Shown here: piece after piece, positions 12,050-25,879 of the stretch | How positions within the stretch are numbered: the first letter of the stretch is position 1 | Layout of the letters: the number at the start of each line of letters is the position of its first letter | Source: Camelus dromedarius | Lineage: Eukaryota | Reading direction: 5' to 3' | DNA: 64,000 nt | Assembly: GCF_036321535.1 (NCBI RefSeq) | Contig: NC_087437.1 | Span: 6,820,001-6,884,000 of the forward strand | The notes under the pieces: generated by a model | What the model was told of the DNA's origin: nothing | Seen by the model: only the letters and a program-made list of their open reading frames with translations | The model's database searches: none | Translations under genes and position numbers: made by a program

Positions 12050-12225
12050 AGGTGACCAGCAAGATTAAGTCTCCCACCTCATCAGTTGTGTGTGTGCAAC
12101 GAGTTAACTTCTCTGTGTCTCAGTTTCCTCAGCTGTATAATGGGGATACTCACACCACTTATTTCAAATGGCTGCGATAAAGATTAAATGTCACAATCCC
12201 TAGGTCAAGGGTGAGCTCTCAGGTT
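12050..12225 (+). mobile_element. MIR SINE
   Basis: ttaacttctctgtgtctcagtttcctcagctgtataatggggata. Confidence 0.75.
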
Positions 12226-12964
12226 ATTTTTCTGAGCTGTGTCCCCAGCCTCTGACTCCTCTGTGTCATCCTTCAACTTTTATTAGAGCCATAGTCTGAG
12301 CTTGGCTGTGGTGGTCTCTCTGTGGCTTAATTCCCCTGACAGCCCGCCAATTACAGGACTAGTTGACGATGCGTTAGGTTTCCTTGGAGTACTTTAATCA
12401 ATTGATACTTAGACCTGGCAGAGGGAAATATTTGCAGCATATAACAAGGGTGGTATCTACATGCAGAAGATACAGAGAAATACTACAAATCAAACCACTC
12501 AATAGAAAAATGGCTAAAAGATTATGAGGAGGCAATTCACTGAGAAGAAACCCTGATGACTGCTAAACATGAAAATATTTTTGTTCCCACTAGTCATTTG
12601 AAAAGTTCACATAAAAACATTAAAGCAAGATTATTTCTCGTTCTTTAGAAGAATGAACATTTAAAACATTAATTGATGGCAAGTGTGTGAAGAAATGGGT
12701 ACTTGTTCATGGACAGGAATGTAAACTGAAGGTCAATTTGGAGTTCCTGCTGCATCTAACACGGATAATCGCTTCATCTGTGGAATTCCACTTTTTATAA
12801 CTACACTATAGAAACACAGACATACGTAAGGAAGCATGTTTAGGGCATTCATTGACGTATTCATTATTAATAATAGTAAAAATTTTTGACAATCTAAATG
12901 TGTATCAGTTAGAAACTACACCATCGCATAGACATACCACTTAGCCATTAACATGATTAACAAC

Positions 12965-13500
12965 AGATACCATTTCTTGGCTACTTACAATGTACCAGGT
13001 TCTGTTTTAGTGCTTTTTGCATATTAACTTTTTTTTTTAATTGAAGAATAGTCAGTTACAATGTGTCAGTTTCCGGTGTACAGCATAATGTTTCAGTCAT
13101 ACATATACATACATGTATTCATTATCATATTCTTTTTCATTAGAGGTAACTACAAGATATTGAATATAGTTCCCTATGCTATATGGAAGAAACCAGTTGT
13201 TTATCTATTTTATATATAGTAGTTACTGTGTGGAAATCTCGAACTCCTAATTTAGCCCTTTCCACCCCCTTCTCCCCTGGTAATCATATTTGTTTTCTAT
13301 GTCTGTGAGTCTGTTTCTGTTCCATAAATTAACTTTTTAATATGACATAGATATTATCCTTATCCTCATTTTAGAGGTGCAGAAATTGAAGCACAGAAAG
13401 GGTAACTTTCAAAGTTGTCCATGGGGACAGAGATGATGTTTGGGTCGATGGAGTCCAGCTACATACAGGATACACTCTTAAGCATTTCAAGTTACCACAT
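12965..13500 (-). mobile_element. MIR SINE split by an L1 at 13031-13327
   Basis: ctacttacaatgtaccagg... and tattatccttatcctcattttagaggtgcagaaattgaagcacagaaagg. Confidence 0.65.
13031..13327 (-). mobile_element. Camelid-type L1 3' end
   Basis: T-tail followed by aattgaagaatagtcagttacaatgtg...tatgtctgtgagtctgtttctg; TSD attaacttttt. Confidence 0.9.
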
Positions 13501-14791
13501 CTAGACCACTAGAATGGGGTGGTCTCTGTGTCCTGATGTGGAAAGATCTCTAAGAAATGTTATAATATACATGTAAATATACATATTATAAATATTAATG
13601 AATGAAGAAAGCAAGGTTCAGAAGGAGTCATATGGTCTAACACCATCTATGTGAGAAAACTCCAAACACACACTCTGTGGAATTTGTGCATGCATGTCAA
13701 TGCAGTGAAAAGTTCTGGAAAGGGTCACAACAAACAGTCAGTTTCCTCTGAAGAGAGGGAAGGGGTGGCCCTGGAAACTATGAGGATAATACAGAAGACA
13801 TCTTCCGTTGGCCGTGACATTCTCTTTGAAGGACTGGACGTTCATGAATTGTTTTGTCGTCAGCGTTGACTCTAAAACAGTAGGTAGGCTGTTAGTCCTG
13901 TGCTGACTCGGCTCTGCTCTTGGAGAAGGGAGACTCCCACTGTGCTCCCTTTGGGTCTGGAGGAGCAAATGCTTCCCTTCCTGCCCAGTCTGTGGGGCAC
14001 CACCCTCTGAGCACATTACCTTTCCTCTCTCATTCTCATCACCACCACTATTTGTTTCCCTTTCATCACGGTGTTATTTATTAGCCCGGTGGTGGTTGTG
14101 TATGGATGTTCCTGGGATAATTGGGAAGAACAGGGAAACTTCAGTTTGGAGAGGCTGAGGATCTAATGGCCAGCACAAGTTTTATTTAAAGGGGCTGATG
14201 GCTGAGGGGTATTTTGGAAGATCCCTGTGTCCTTGAAATTGTCCATCTTCCACTAGATCTAACATACAATTATAATCTCTCTGATACACCAAGTGATTTT
14301 GCCTCTTATGTGTGGTTGATCCTAACTTATCACCTTGTCCTCCCATTCCCCTACCAGTGCTCAGACCACCCCTGTAATTAAAGGAACACAGACATGTGAG
14401 GAGAAATGGAATTTATCATTGATCTTTATTTGTTGGCTAAGCAGATACACTAGGTGATACCCAGTGCACATAGACAGGAGATTTAAATAGGCACTCTTCA
14501 TTTTTAAGCTGAGTCCAGATGGCCAATTCTACTTGCTGTTGCATCAAACACGTGCTGATTGGCTGACCTGGAAAAAGACATGCTTGCAGCCCATCCTGGC
14601 TCTGTCCTCTCCTCCTCTGCACTTACATCAAAGTCACACAAAGAAACCACTTCCCCCACAAAAGCATGCTCACCTTCCAGGACTCAAATTTAGGGGATTC
14701 TTTTATGCTTGACCTTGGGAATACATTAAAAGGATATTAGACTCTGTGTAACACCACTAGACACAGCTTTGCTTCTATAGCCCTTACATAG

Positions 14792-16043
14792 GTGTTGGAA
14801 AGGAAAGAATATATTCGCATGCAAAAAAAAAAAAATGAATTTAAATCCTTACCCTACAAAAATGGATTGTAGACCTAAGTACAAGAGTAAAACAATAAAA
14901 CTTCTAGAAGAAAAAACAGCGGAAAATCTTTGTGATCTTGGGTTGGGCAAACAGTTCCTAGCTACCAGTTGAAAGCATGATCAGTAAAAGAAAAAACTGG
15001 CAAGTTGGACTTGATCAAACTTGAAAACTTCTGTGCTTCAAAAGAGACCACTAAGACAATGAAAAGACAAGCTACAGACAGGGAGAAAATATTTGCAAAT
15101 CATATATCTAAGAAAGGACTTTAGAGTGTATAAAGAATCATAAGAATTTAAGAAGAAGACAGACAACTCAACCATGTAAAGCTGGCAAAAGATGTGATAG
15201 CCATTTCACCAAAAAAGACACATGAATGGCTAGCAAGCATATAAATATATACTTAACATCATTATTCATTAGAGAAATGCAAACGAATGTCACAATGATA
15301 TATAACTATCAACCCAGTAGAGTGGCCTGAATTAAAAAGACATACATTACCAGATGTCGAGAAGGATATGCGTGGAGAAACTGGAACTCTCATGCGTTGC
15401 TGGTGGAAATGTAAAATGGTACAGCTATTCTAAAAACAGTTTGGTAGTTTCCTAAAAAAAACCAAACAATCTTTCCATTCCTCATAGCAAGTCCACTCCT
15501 AGGAACTGAAGCAAGAGAAATGAAAACATATGTCCACACAAAGACATGTTTGCAAATGCTTTATTCATAATAAGCCAAAATTGGAAATAGCCTAAATGTC
15601 CGTCAATTGATGAATGGATAAGCAAACATGATATAGCTAAACAGTGGAATGTTATTTAGCAATAAAAAGAACTGAAGTACTGATACTTGCTACAACACGG
15701 AATGACCTCAGAAAACATGCTAAGTGAAAGAAGTCAGACTTAAAAGACTACATATTGTACGATTCCATCTACATGAAATGTTTAGAACAGATCCCCTGAT
15801 ACAGACAAGAAAGCAGACCAGTGGTTGCCTGGGGCTGGGAGTGGGAGCAGGAATTAATTGGAAATAGGCAAGAGGAAAATTCTTGGAGTGGCAAAATATT
15901 GAAAACTTAGAATGTCATGATGGTTGCAAAATTCTATAAATTTACTAAAAATCAGCAAGTTGGTTTTTACATTTACAACTGGTGAATTTTATGGCATGTA
16001 AATTATACTTCGAAAAAAGCTATTTAAAAAAAAAAAAAGAAAA
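14792..16043 (+). mobile_element. L1MB-type ORF2 end, 3'UTR and A-tail
   Basis: aaaatggattgtagacctaa...aaaacttctagaag...gttgctggtggaaatgtaaaatggtacagc...gtgaattttatggcatgtaaattatac followed by a poly-A. Confidence 0.9.
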
Positions 16044-17692
16044 CGACTAGTATGTCGCCATGTGCTTGACCTGGACAGAGTCATTTGATCTGTCACTTCA
16101 ATACTAACTTCATTATCTGCTAGCCACATTAACCAAGACCTTTTGTCCCCCGAGAAGTTCATTATTCACATTCGGGGTTGACCAGTGTTCTGCATCATTT
16201 AAAAGCCAGAATACCAAAACAGTAAAGGGCAGAGCAGATAACAGAGCTGTCTCCTCTATCATATGGTGGTTACAATTCCCAGAAAATTCAGCTTGCGGGA
16301 AAAATAGCTGCCAACGTATAGTTATTTAAAGAGGTCTGGGTAAGAGCTGCTGGCATTTTTGTAGACAAACACTCCCTTCTCACCCATGGCTGAAATGCTT
16401 CATTCAGATTAATTTGGCCATTTTGCACCCACAGTCACTGGGAAGACAAGGCCAGCAATCAGCTTGGAAAAATCACTGTGGAATCTAGATGGTACCAGAA
16501 GTCATAGACTCAAATTCTAACCCCAACGGTTCAGGGAGGTAATAATACTTAACAGTTTGGGAATTCATCAAGTGCTCTGTGCATATTGACTGGTATTGTC
16601 ATAATTCAATAATTCTACAATGTGTAAAAGAATTTTTTAAATGATGACATCTTAAAATCAAAGTGTCTCTGTTGAATTATTACCAGCATGAATCTATATT
16701 TACTATATAACCTTGACTTGAATTCATTATCTCCTTTCCCAAAATTTTAACTTGCCCATTTGTTTGAGAACTTAAGTCCCTAAAGCTAAAATTCTTCCCC
16801 AAATCCTGCCTATTCACTTTTTGACATATTCCCCCAGTTTGTCTCCTTTGCCCTATTTCAGTGCTCACTACCCCACTGAAGGTCATCAGTATCTGAACTT
16901 GTGACAGAAACTTTTTGTTTTGCTTCTTCCTTTTAACACATCCCTGTTGTCGTCATGGACCCATCAATTCTCTAGTCTGAAACATGCAGGGGCTCACTGC
17001 CACCTCCAGTCTTACTGTCTGTTCATTCATTAGCTAGATCATGAATCTCATCTCATCCAACAGGTCCCAATCTAACTTCTCCAATCAAACCAGCCCCTTT
17101 AGTGTCCACTCTGTCTTGTCTCTTGTCCATCTGGGTTGATGTCATCCCCGGCCCTCTTCTTATTTATGAATGTTTCTTTCAAGGGTCTTCTCAAAACTCA
17201 CTTTGAAAAACGGTGAAGTTGAAGGGTTGCTCTTGGCTCACATATGCTCCTCAACTTGCCCCTTGTTTTAGACACCCAATGCTTTGTGATTCTGAGTTTG
17301 CCACTGAGGCTGCCCCCAAGTGGGCTTAAAATTTATCCCCTCTCTTGACTAGTCCATCTATACTTCTATTCCTTGATGCTCAGATTTCAGGTGCATTTAG
17401 GAGTGCAAACAGCCTGATAAAGTAATACAAAATATGGAATAAATATATATACACTTTGAACCCTTTCATAAATCTCATTGGTAAAAGGGACTGCCTGTGT
17501 TACAATGCCATCATCCAACACCCACTAGGAATATAGAATGTTCCACAGGTGGGAAGGGAAGCAGGGTGGAAGGTGAGGTGTGTGCACAGGAACACCATCC
17601 CAGTGTCCCTGACATCTTTCTTTGCAGGCTCCCACTTACACTGCCTGCTGAACATGGCCTCACTCTTCTGTGACGTGTGTCCCAACTTTTTT

Positions 17693-17945
17693 CTGGCATG
17701 GTGTTCCTGGAGACACGTAGGTTTAGGAGACAGAAAGACCTGGATCTATCTCCTTGCTCTGCAACTGACTGTGCAACCATGGGCAAGTCACTCTGCCTCT
17801 CTGGGCGCCAGTTTTCTCATCTGTATGTTGGGGACCAAAACATTTCACTTATGGAGTGGCTGTGAGGGTCAGGTGAAATCAGACAGGCAAAGTATCTAGC
17901 AACTTTACCACATTGTAAGAGGTGAGTACAGAGGCAATATATTAC
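17693..17945 (+). mobile_element. MIR SINE
   Basis: agacagaaagacctggat...atgggcaagtcactctgcctctctgggcgccagttttctcatctgta. Confidence 0.78.
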
Positions 17946-18596
17946 CTTGTAAAGTCTTGCTCTTGAATAATTCCATGAAATCATGCTGTATCCCCTCAGA
18001 ATGTTCTCAAAGATAGGGACTTTGCCATTTTTTCTTTCTTTTTTTTTCTTCCAGAATTACAGTGGCTCCCTTACTTGTGTGTGTGTACATGTATTTGTGC
18101 AGATTTATTTATCCTCATATCATTCCATTAGTACCTTATGTGGCTTTTCTTATTTCTAGATGAAGCATTAAAAATAACCTCAAGTTTACATTTAGTTGTA
18201 AAGTAATATAAATATAATACATGTATGATAAATTTAAAAATATAAATAAATAAGTCAAAACCCAAGAGCTCATTCAGTCCATCCAAGAAATGCCATTGTC
18301 TGGCTTTTTTTTTTTTTTAATCTGAGATATGTCCAGTAACATAATACATCAACATACAGACTTTTATGAGGTCAGAGTACTCAGAGTGCTTCTAAACACA
18401 CTCTTGTTTCAATCCACTTTTTTTTTTCTTTTCTTTTGAGGAAAAGTATTCAATCTTTTCAAATACTTGAATAATTTAGCTACCATTATTTCTCTGCGTC
18501 AGATTCTAAATAGTTCTCATTTTCTAAACAGTGCATAATACGAGCCTTTGGATTAAAAAACAAATGATGGTTTCCTAACAGTGTATTATATGCATA

Positions 18597-18752
18597 GGAC
18601 AGCGTGGTAGTTAAGAGCACAGGTTTCGTTTGGGCTTGAATCTCAGTTCTTGCTCTTTGAAAACTTTAACCTCGCTCAGCCTCAATTTCCTAATCAGGAA
18701 AATGGGATGGTACTTGTGGATTCACAGAGCTGAAATGAAGATAAATGGAAGT
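18597..18752 (+). mobile_element. MIR SINE
   Basis: gtagttaagagcacagg...cctcaatttcctaatcaggaaaatggga. Confidence 0.65.
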
Positions 18753-18754
18753 AT

Positions 18755-19335
18755 TTTTGCAGCGTACAGCTCAGTAGTGTTAAGTAATTCACGCTGTGGT
18801 GCAACTAAGCTCCCGAATTCTTTTCGTCTTGCAAAAATGAAACTCTATACTCATCAAACATTTCCCCATCCTCCTCCACCAGCCCCCGGCAACCACTGTT
18901 TTACTTTCTGTTCTGATGAATTTGACTACACTTGGTACTCCTGTAAGTGGAACAAACAGGATTTGTTTTTTTGTGACTGGCTTATTTCACTGACCATCAC
19001 GTCCTCAAGGTTTATTCATAGTTTAGCATGTGTCCGAATTTCCTTTCTCTTTAAAGTTGTATGATATTCTGCTGTGTGTATATACCGTATTTTATTTATG
19101 CATTCATCCACTGATGGACACATGAGCTATTTCCACGTTTCGGCTACCAGCTTTTTGTTTTTGTTTTTGTTTTTTTTTTTTTGAATAATGCTGCTGTGAA
19201 CATACCTGTACGAATCTCTCTTCTGGATCCTGTTTCCAATTCTTTAGGGTATATACCCAACAGTAGGATTGCTGAATCATATGGTAATTTCATTTTTAAT
19301 TGTTTGAGGAACTGCCACTCTGTTTTCCATAGTGT
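18755..19335 (-). mobile_element. L1MA/L1MB-type 3' fragment
   Basis: tcttgcaaaaatgaaactctatac...gactggcttatttcactgacc...ttgaggaactgccactctgttttccatag. Confidence 0.88.
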
Positions 19336-19692
19336 GAGCCCCCTTTTGAGGTCCCTTCTCAGGTTCCCAGAATCCTCAGAGGCCGTGACACATGACTTTA
19401 CAGCTGCCCCATTTCTCCCTCTCCTGTCCCGCTCACAGAGCAGTATATGCTTCGCCTCTAAAATGTGCCAGTTTCCCTTGTCCTGCCCATGACTTTGACA
19501 TCCACTATTCCATGGGCTGGTGGTGTCTGCACCCTGGGGCGAGTATCCCTTGTTACAGCCAAAGATGCCCCTAACAGTCAGGGTTCACTGAAGGACCACT
19601 CGGGCAGGGGCGGGGCTGAGTACTTGCCGCATTTTCTCATTTAATCCCCTCAGCAGCCTTCTGGAGTGGACCTGACCCTGCACCTTAGACCG

Positions 19693-19880
19693 CGGTGGTT
19701 CTCGCACTTGGCGGCACACGAGACTCAGGTTGGGAGAGGAAGAGGGGCCAGGACATAGGCTTAAAAAAAATATCCCAGCGCCAGGGCCATGCCCCAGGCT
19801 AATTCAATCACAGCCTTTCGGGCGTGTTTTAAAAGCTCTTCAGGTGATTCCAATGTGCACCCACTTAGAGAGAGACGGAC
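19693..19880. mobile_element. MER5B-like hAT MITE
   Basis: cggtggttctcgcacttggcggcac...aaaagctcttcaggtgattccaatgtgcac. Confidence 0.7.
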
Positions 19881-19887
19881 TTCAGAC

Positions 19888-20044
19888 CCTGGTGATTCAA
19901 ATGTGGTCCAGCAGCACCGAACCCCCTGGAAGCTTATCGGAAGTGCAGATGCTAAGCCACACTCCAATCCTGCCGGATCAGAACCCTCATTTTAACAAGA
20001 ACCCCGTGGGATCCGTGTGCACATTCAAGTCAGAGAGGCATTGC
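19888..20044. mobile_element. MER5A1-like hAT MITE
   Basis: ttcaaatgtggtcc...atcagaaccctcattttaacaagaaccccgtgggatccgtgtgcacattcaagt. Confidence 0.78.
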
Positions 20045-21260
20045 CTGAGCGCACAGAACACTTAACTCAGACAGATCAGGACGACAGAGCAATAAAGCTT
20101 TCACCTGAGGGTCTCCAGTCACTAACTAATTCCTCTTCCTAATGGGACGCTACACCTATTTTAGAGATGCATAAAGAGAGGCATCGTTGCCATTTCTAAT
20201 TATTTGACTGTTTCTCATTGTTAAGGATTCTAATTTCCTGGCTGAGGCATTATGACTCCTTAAATCATTCCCCTCCTTATAATCCCTAAACCAATTTCTA
20301 AAGTGAAAACCAAACGGCAGTGAGCTAGCAAATGAAGGCATCTCTACACAGAGGGAGACAAAGGCTTTTGGGCCCCCAGGATGGGTTCTTGCCTGTTTTT
20401 CTGGTTGCCTGTTCTGTTTACCTATTTCCTTTCAGATTTTCTGCAAGCTTCTACTTGTTGAATCCTATCGGCAGAAGCCTTCACTTTTCCCGAGAACTCA
20501 GCACATCACGCTCACTTCGGCCCCGTTTCCTTAGCACTCTTCTCAACTCTCCAGCTTTATACTAAACAACAAATTAGCACCCCGCCTTCTCCAAACCCAC
20601 AAATATTTGTACAATTGAGCAGCAAGCTTTGTAGTCAGAAAGTGAAGAGGGTTCCCCTGAATTCTGTGGCACCAACAGCCTTATTTTTTCTTTTCTTTTT
20701 TTTTTTTTGGTTCAGCTAGATTAAGTTAGATTAGCAATATCAGATAAATAGGGCAACTGTCAAGACACTCAACGATAAATTGAAGCATTCTATTTAAGGA
20801 ATGTATAATTCAACAGCTTTGATATACGGAAGTTCTCAAAAGCTCCCAGGGAGGTGGCCTGTGGAGAAATTCATCAGTAAGTCACCAGAACAAGAGATTT
20901 TACTGGATTTTAGAAAATAGTCAAGGAGTATGCCTGCGACAAAACCCAAAGCCCTAGAGCATAACCTGTGAAAGCGTTCTGACCCCGAGCCCTAGGAGGG
21001 TCCTCTCCTCCAGGGGTGGTGTGAGCTAATCTTTTGTCAAAGCTCCTGCTGTCTTCGTTCATGGTTGCATTCTGGGCAGACCACAGCTTTTGGTTTCTGG
21101 TTCCCACGACCAGTCACAATGCGGACACAGGCCGGAGTGCGACACAGATCTCCTGGCTGGACCACATCTCGTGTCTCCCATCAGCTTCACACACTTACTC
21201 TAAGAGGACCTGTCCCTTCACCTCGTTCTTTCCGGAGGGATGGAATGTATTCTCTCTCTC

Positions 21261-21727
21261 TTTTTTTATTTTCTTATTTTTTAACTGAAATACAGTTGGC
21301 TTAAAATATTATGTTAGTTTCTGTGCACAGCACAGTGATTCAGTGATACATACATATGTTCTTTTTCATATTCTTTATCAATATAGGTTATTACAAGATA
21401 GTGAATAGAGTTCCCTATGCTCTACAGTATGACCTTGTTGCTTCTCTATTATATATACAGCAGTGTGTATCTGTGAATCCCAAACTCCCAATTTATCCCT
21501 CCCCCACCCCTTTGGTAACCATAAGTTTGTTTTCTATGTCTGCGACTCAATTTCTCTTCTGCAAATAAGTGCATTTATGCCATTTTTAAAGATTCCACAT
21601 ATAAGTGATATCATATATTTCTCTTTCTCTGTCTGACTTACTTCACTTCGTATGATAATCACTAGGTCTACCATCCATGTTGCTGCAAATGGCATTATTT
21701 CATTCTTTTTTACGACTGAGTAGTATT

Positions 21728-21776
<49 letters not shown>

Positions 21777-22098
21777 ATATATAAATCACATCTTCTTTAT
21801 CCAGTCATCTGTCAATGGACGTTTAGATTGCTTCTACGTCTTGGCTGCTGTAAATAGTGCTGCTATGAACATTGGGGTGCATGTATCTTTTCGAATTAGA
21901 GTTTCCTCTGGATATATAGCCCAGGAGTGGGATCGTTGGATCATATAAGTCAGTTTTTAGTTTTTTAAGGAATCTCCATAGTGTTTTCCATAATGACTGC
22001 ACCAAATTACATTTCCACCAACAGTGTAGGAGGGTTCCCTTTTCTCCACACCCTCCCCAGCATTTATCATTTGTGGATTTTTAAATTATGGCCATTCA
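21261..22098 (-). mobile_element. Cetartiodactyl/camelid L1 3' end
   Basis: ORF 21823..22005(-) [29 protein letters not shown] is the L1 ORF2 C-terminus; T-rich tail at 21261. Confidence 0.93.
21730..21774. repeat. (TG)n microsatellite inside L1
   Basis: About 22 perfect TG units. Confidence 0.98.
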
Positions 22099-22389
22099 AT
22101 CTTTAAGATAAATGTCTCTACATTAAAACAGGGCTTTATGAAGGAGACTTGACCTCTTCTGAAGGGATGGCAAAACAGGGAAGGATGGAGCAGAGTAGAA
22201 GTTTGTGTGCACACAGAGGAGAGCGTATCACTGCCACCTTAAGATACAGACCAAAACCAAACGGCTTGCAGTTGCCTTCAGAAGACCCTGGTGTCTTCCT
22301 GGACTTGGGCCAGAAGCAAAGATACCCACGTGAGAAAACATAGGACACGACAGGGAAAAGCTTCCACCAAAGACTTGTTTTAACCTTAT

Positions 22390-22902
22390 TATTTTAAAAA
22401 TCATTTTATTAAGTTCTGTTTGACATGTAGAAAGCTGTACATAGTTAATACATATACTTAAATGGATTTGGGGATTATATACACCCATGAAGCCATCACC
22501 ACCATCCAGGTCATAAACAGATCCATCCCTAATCCAATTTTCCTCCCACCTCCTTTATCATTATCATTATCATTGTTGTTGTAGTAAATATTTTTGTTTG
22601 TATGATAAGAACACTTAACATAAGAGCTGCCCTCAGGGGTGGAGGGGGCAGGGTATAGCTCAGTGGTGGAGCTTAGCATACATGAGGTCCTGGGTTCAAT
22701 CCCCAGTACCTCCATTAAAAATAAATAAATAAACCAAATTACCCCCCCCCCCAATTTTTTTAGTTAGAAAAAAGAGCTACCCTCTTAGCAAACTGTAAGT
22801 AACTAATTATTAATTATTATTATTAGCTACAGGCACTATGCTGTATAGTAGATCTCCAATCATATTTTTCTCTTTCCTACTTGAAGCTTTGTACCCTATG
22901 AC
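22390..22902 (-). mobile_element. L1MA9/10-type 3' end split by a SINE
   Basis: ataagaacacttaacataagagc...cctcttagcaaa...ggcactatgctgtatagtagatctcc. Confidence 0.8.
22635..22771 (+). mobile_element. Camelid tRNA-Ala-derived SINE (vic-1 type)
   Basis: gggtatagctcagtggt...ctgggttcaatccccagtacctccattaaaa; TSD aagagctgccctc/aagagctaccctc at 22622-22634 and 22772-22784. Confidence 0.92.
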
Positions 22903-23789
22903 TAGAATTTTGAAATATGAAGGCAGCCCAGGCCAGTCTTTCTGAAAAAAATCATTCGGACTGCCAGCTCTGGAGCAAGCGGCATGTTCAGTTTACTTTA
23001 ACCCCCCACCCCTGAATGAGCGCCATCAATTTCACTTTTCGTCCTCACTGAACCCCCCTCCATGCCCTAAGACTCTCTTCATGACCAAAAGAAAGGAATG
23101 ACGTTTTCTGCCCACAGTTAAAAACATTCAGATCCCCCCACAGACAGCTGTTAGGAATCTGAAGGGTGTTTCCCAGACCTCCTTGGCTGAGCTAAACCGG
23201 CCCTGATCCATTGGGACCCTCTGTTCCTGGGGTAAAGGAAAACTGTTACATGAGGAGTTCTTGAGGATTCCTTAAAGTCTAACCAAGGTTCCCATGAAAA
23301 TAGTGCTTTTGGTTTTTCTCATAGTGCCTAATTTTTGTAGGATTCAATAACCAGGGGGGTTGGGGAGGGCAGCCTCGGTCCCTTTGAGGTATCTGGAATC
23401 CACTCTCCCATCATTTCCAACAACTTGGCCACTGTTGATCAGCCAAGCAGTGAACCTGAAGACTCTGTCCCCACGGTGAGTCCCGGATGCTTCCTCCCCG
23501 ATCTCCCAGGAAGCTCTTCTAGCTTCTGACACTATAGACCCTGGGAGTCCACACCACGTGCCTCTCAGCACTTCTAGCCTTTTCTGATCTCTAGCGGTGA
23601 ACAGAGTCCAAACTCCAGCTGGGACATTCCAGTGAATGTCCAATGTAGAGACCACAAAATCCCATGGGGATACATCACCACATGACCGCAGATGACTGCA
23701 TGAGGTATTCTCCAGGATGATAACACTAGTAAAAGAATGGTAGCCAGCACTGGAGTCCTTATCACATACCACAATGATTACGAGTGTAT

Positions 23790-23980
23790 TTTATTGATGA
23801 ATTACAAGTGCGTTGTATGTTTAATCCTCATAGCAATTAAGTGTTTATTATTATTCTCTTTTTAATAAGGGGGGAGGTGGAGAGACTGAGGTACAAAGAA
23901 ATTAAACAACCTGCTCAAGGTCTCATAGCTGGTAAATGACCAATTCAGGATTTGAACCCAGGTCTTCCAGTACCAGACCC
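23790..23980 (-). mobile_element. MIR SINE
   Basis: tttaatcctcatagc...gactgaggtacaaag...caaggtctcatagctggtaaatg...ggatttgaacccaggtc. Confidence 0.8.
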
Positions 23981-24902
23981 TCCCGGGGAGAGTCAGAGAT
24001 CTGTTACGTCAGCTAACTGAAGCAGTTAGACCTCAGTCTTTTAACTCTAAAATGGAGATTCCTCCCCTATTCTGAGAACTTCAGTGAGTTCCTCGGAGAA
24101 GGATAAAGCAGGAGGCTCTGAGCTTGTCTCTCAGCGAGTGGTTAGAGGTGCTGAGTTTCACGCCCAGCAGCCACCATCTTGGATGTGTGTGGCAGAAGCC
24201 AAGTTCATGGCTTTAAAGCCACAGAAAGCTCCTCTCAGAAGGGGAGTCCACCCCTCCCTAAAGGTCCTTACTCTTTGTGAGAATTGTCTTATGTCATCAA
24301 AGAGGGGCTAGGAAAGCAATGACCCTCCCAGTGCTTCTCTCATCACTAGAAAGGCAAGTTTGGGTGAAAACAGCAGCTCACTGTCAGTGACAGTCCCTCG
24401 GGCTGCTTGTCTGCTTCTTGCTTCCCATGGTTCATGATAAAATTCCACAGTACGTGGCAAAAGCATCCAAGCCTCACAGTTGTCCCTAGTCCTGCAAAAG
24501 CAGCCGAGTTAAAGAAGAAGAGGAAAGATGGATGTAACCGATAGATCTGTGAGCAACAAGGGTCACATTCTTTTGTTTGTTTGAGGGAAATTAAATTCAG
24601 TCCAGACCTAGCTACCACTCGACAAGACTGATGAGGAAACCAACATGGGTCAATTCCATTTCAAGGACCCTCTTCTGCTTCTTTCAATCATACAAGATCT
24701 TAGCGATTTACTTAGGGATTGATGAAGGAAGACCTAGGTTCTCAGGCTCCCGTATAGTTTTTTGCTCAGCCCTGCATGGATTGTTTAAAATTCCATTTCT
24801 GGTGTCACTCCACTTCCTCCAAACCAAACTCAGCCTCTAGAATCTTTAAGGCCATGGTGCCTAAAAGCCCAGCCCTCATGGTTAACCACACAGCCAACGT
24901 CC

Positions 24903-25705
24903 TATGGTGGTTCACACGGTCCGCACTCTTTTTCAACACTTCTGACCCCACATGTGTGGGTTATTTCCTCACGCCAATCAGTTCTCTAATTCGCTGGACG
25001 CCAACTGAGTGTCGTGCCATTCAATTCAATTCTGACACAAACTACCTGGCAAACAAGCAGACCCCTACAAGTTAGGGGCTCAGTCCCACAAGATTGTCCC
25101 CATTTCAGACACCAGCTGCAAGTCCCAGGCTGCATCTGAACTTCTAACAACTGGCTATAAATAGGGGGTTCCCATGACCCCATCTTCAGGTTCTACAACG
25201 TACTTGAACAGCTCATAAAACTTGCAAAAACACTTTGCTTACTTTTACTGTTTTATCAGAAAGGATACATCTGAAGAAGAGCCAAGTGGAGGAGATGTGT
25301 AGGGCAAGGTATGTGTGTGAGGGCGTTGCAGGGAGCCTCCATGCTCTCTCCGGGTGTACCGCCCTTCTAGCATCTTGATGTGCTCACTAACTTGGAAGCT
25401 CCCCAAACTCCATCAGGGTTATTTACGGAGGTTTCATTGTGTGGAAATGCCTGATTAAATCATTGGACCTCGATAATTAACTCAACCTCCAGCTCCTCTC
25501 CCCTCCCCAGAGGTCGGCAATGGAGTTTAAAGTTCCAATCCCCTAATCATGCCTTGGTCTTTTGGGTGGCCAGCTTTATCCTCAGCCACTGGTCATTTCA
25601 TCATTGTACAAATGACACTCAACCTTCCAGAGGTTCCAAGGGTTTTAGGAGCTGTGTGCCAGAACCCAGGACAAAGACATAATATGTATTTCTTATTATA
25701 CCACA
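24903..25705 (-). mobile_element. MER21-family LTR
   Basis: attcaattctgacacaaactacctgg...ggctcagtcccacaagattg...ggttttaggagctgtgtgccagaacc...tttcttattataccaca. Confidence 0.88.
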
Positions 25706-25879
25706 CATGGCAATCCCATCTCTGTCCCCCATGGTACTCCTAATTTTCTGTCTCCCCTTCCTAGTCTCTAGTATCATCCAGAGTCAGGCTAACCTTATTA
25801 GTCCTTGAGGGGCACAACCTCAACCCATCCCTGCCCCCATGGCAATATAGTGGAAACACCTTGATAACCCTTCTCTTTA

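Larger units (their letters stand above)
12410..13850 (+). mobile_element. Old L1ME-type fragment, interrupted by MIR and a young L1
   Basis: aatagaaaaatggctaaaagattatgaggaggcaattcac... resumes after 13500 with gatgtggaaagatctctaaga...gaagaaagcaagg. Confidence 0.7.
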
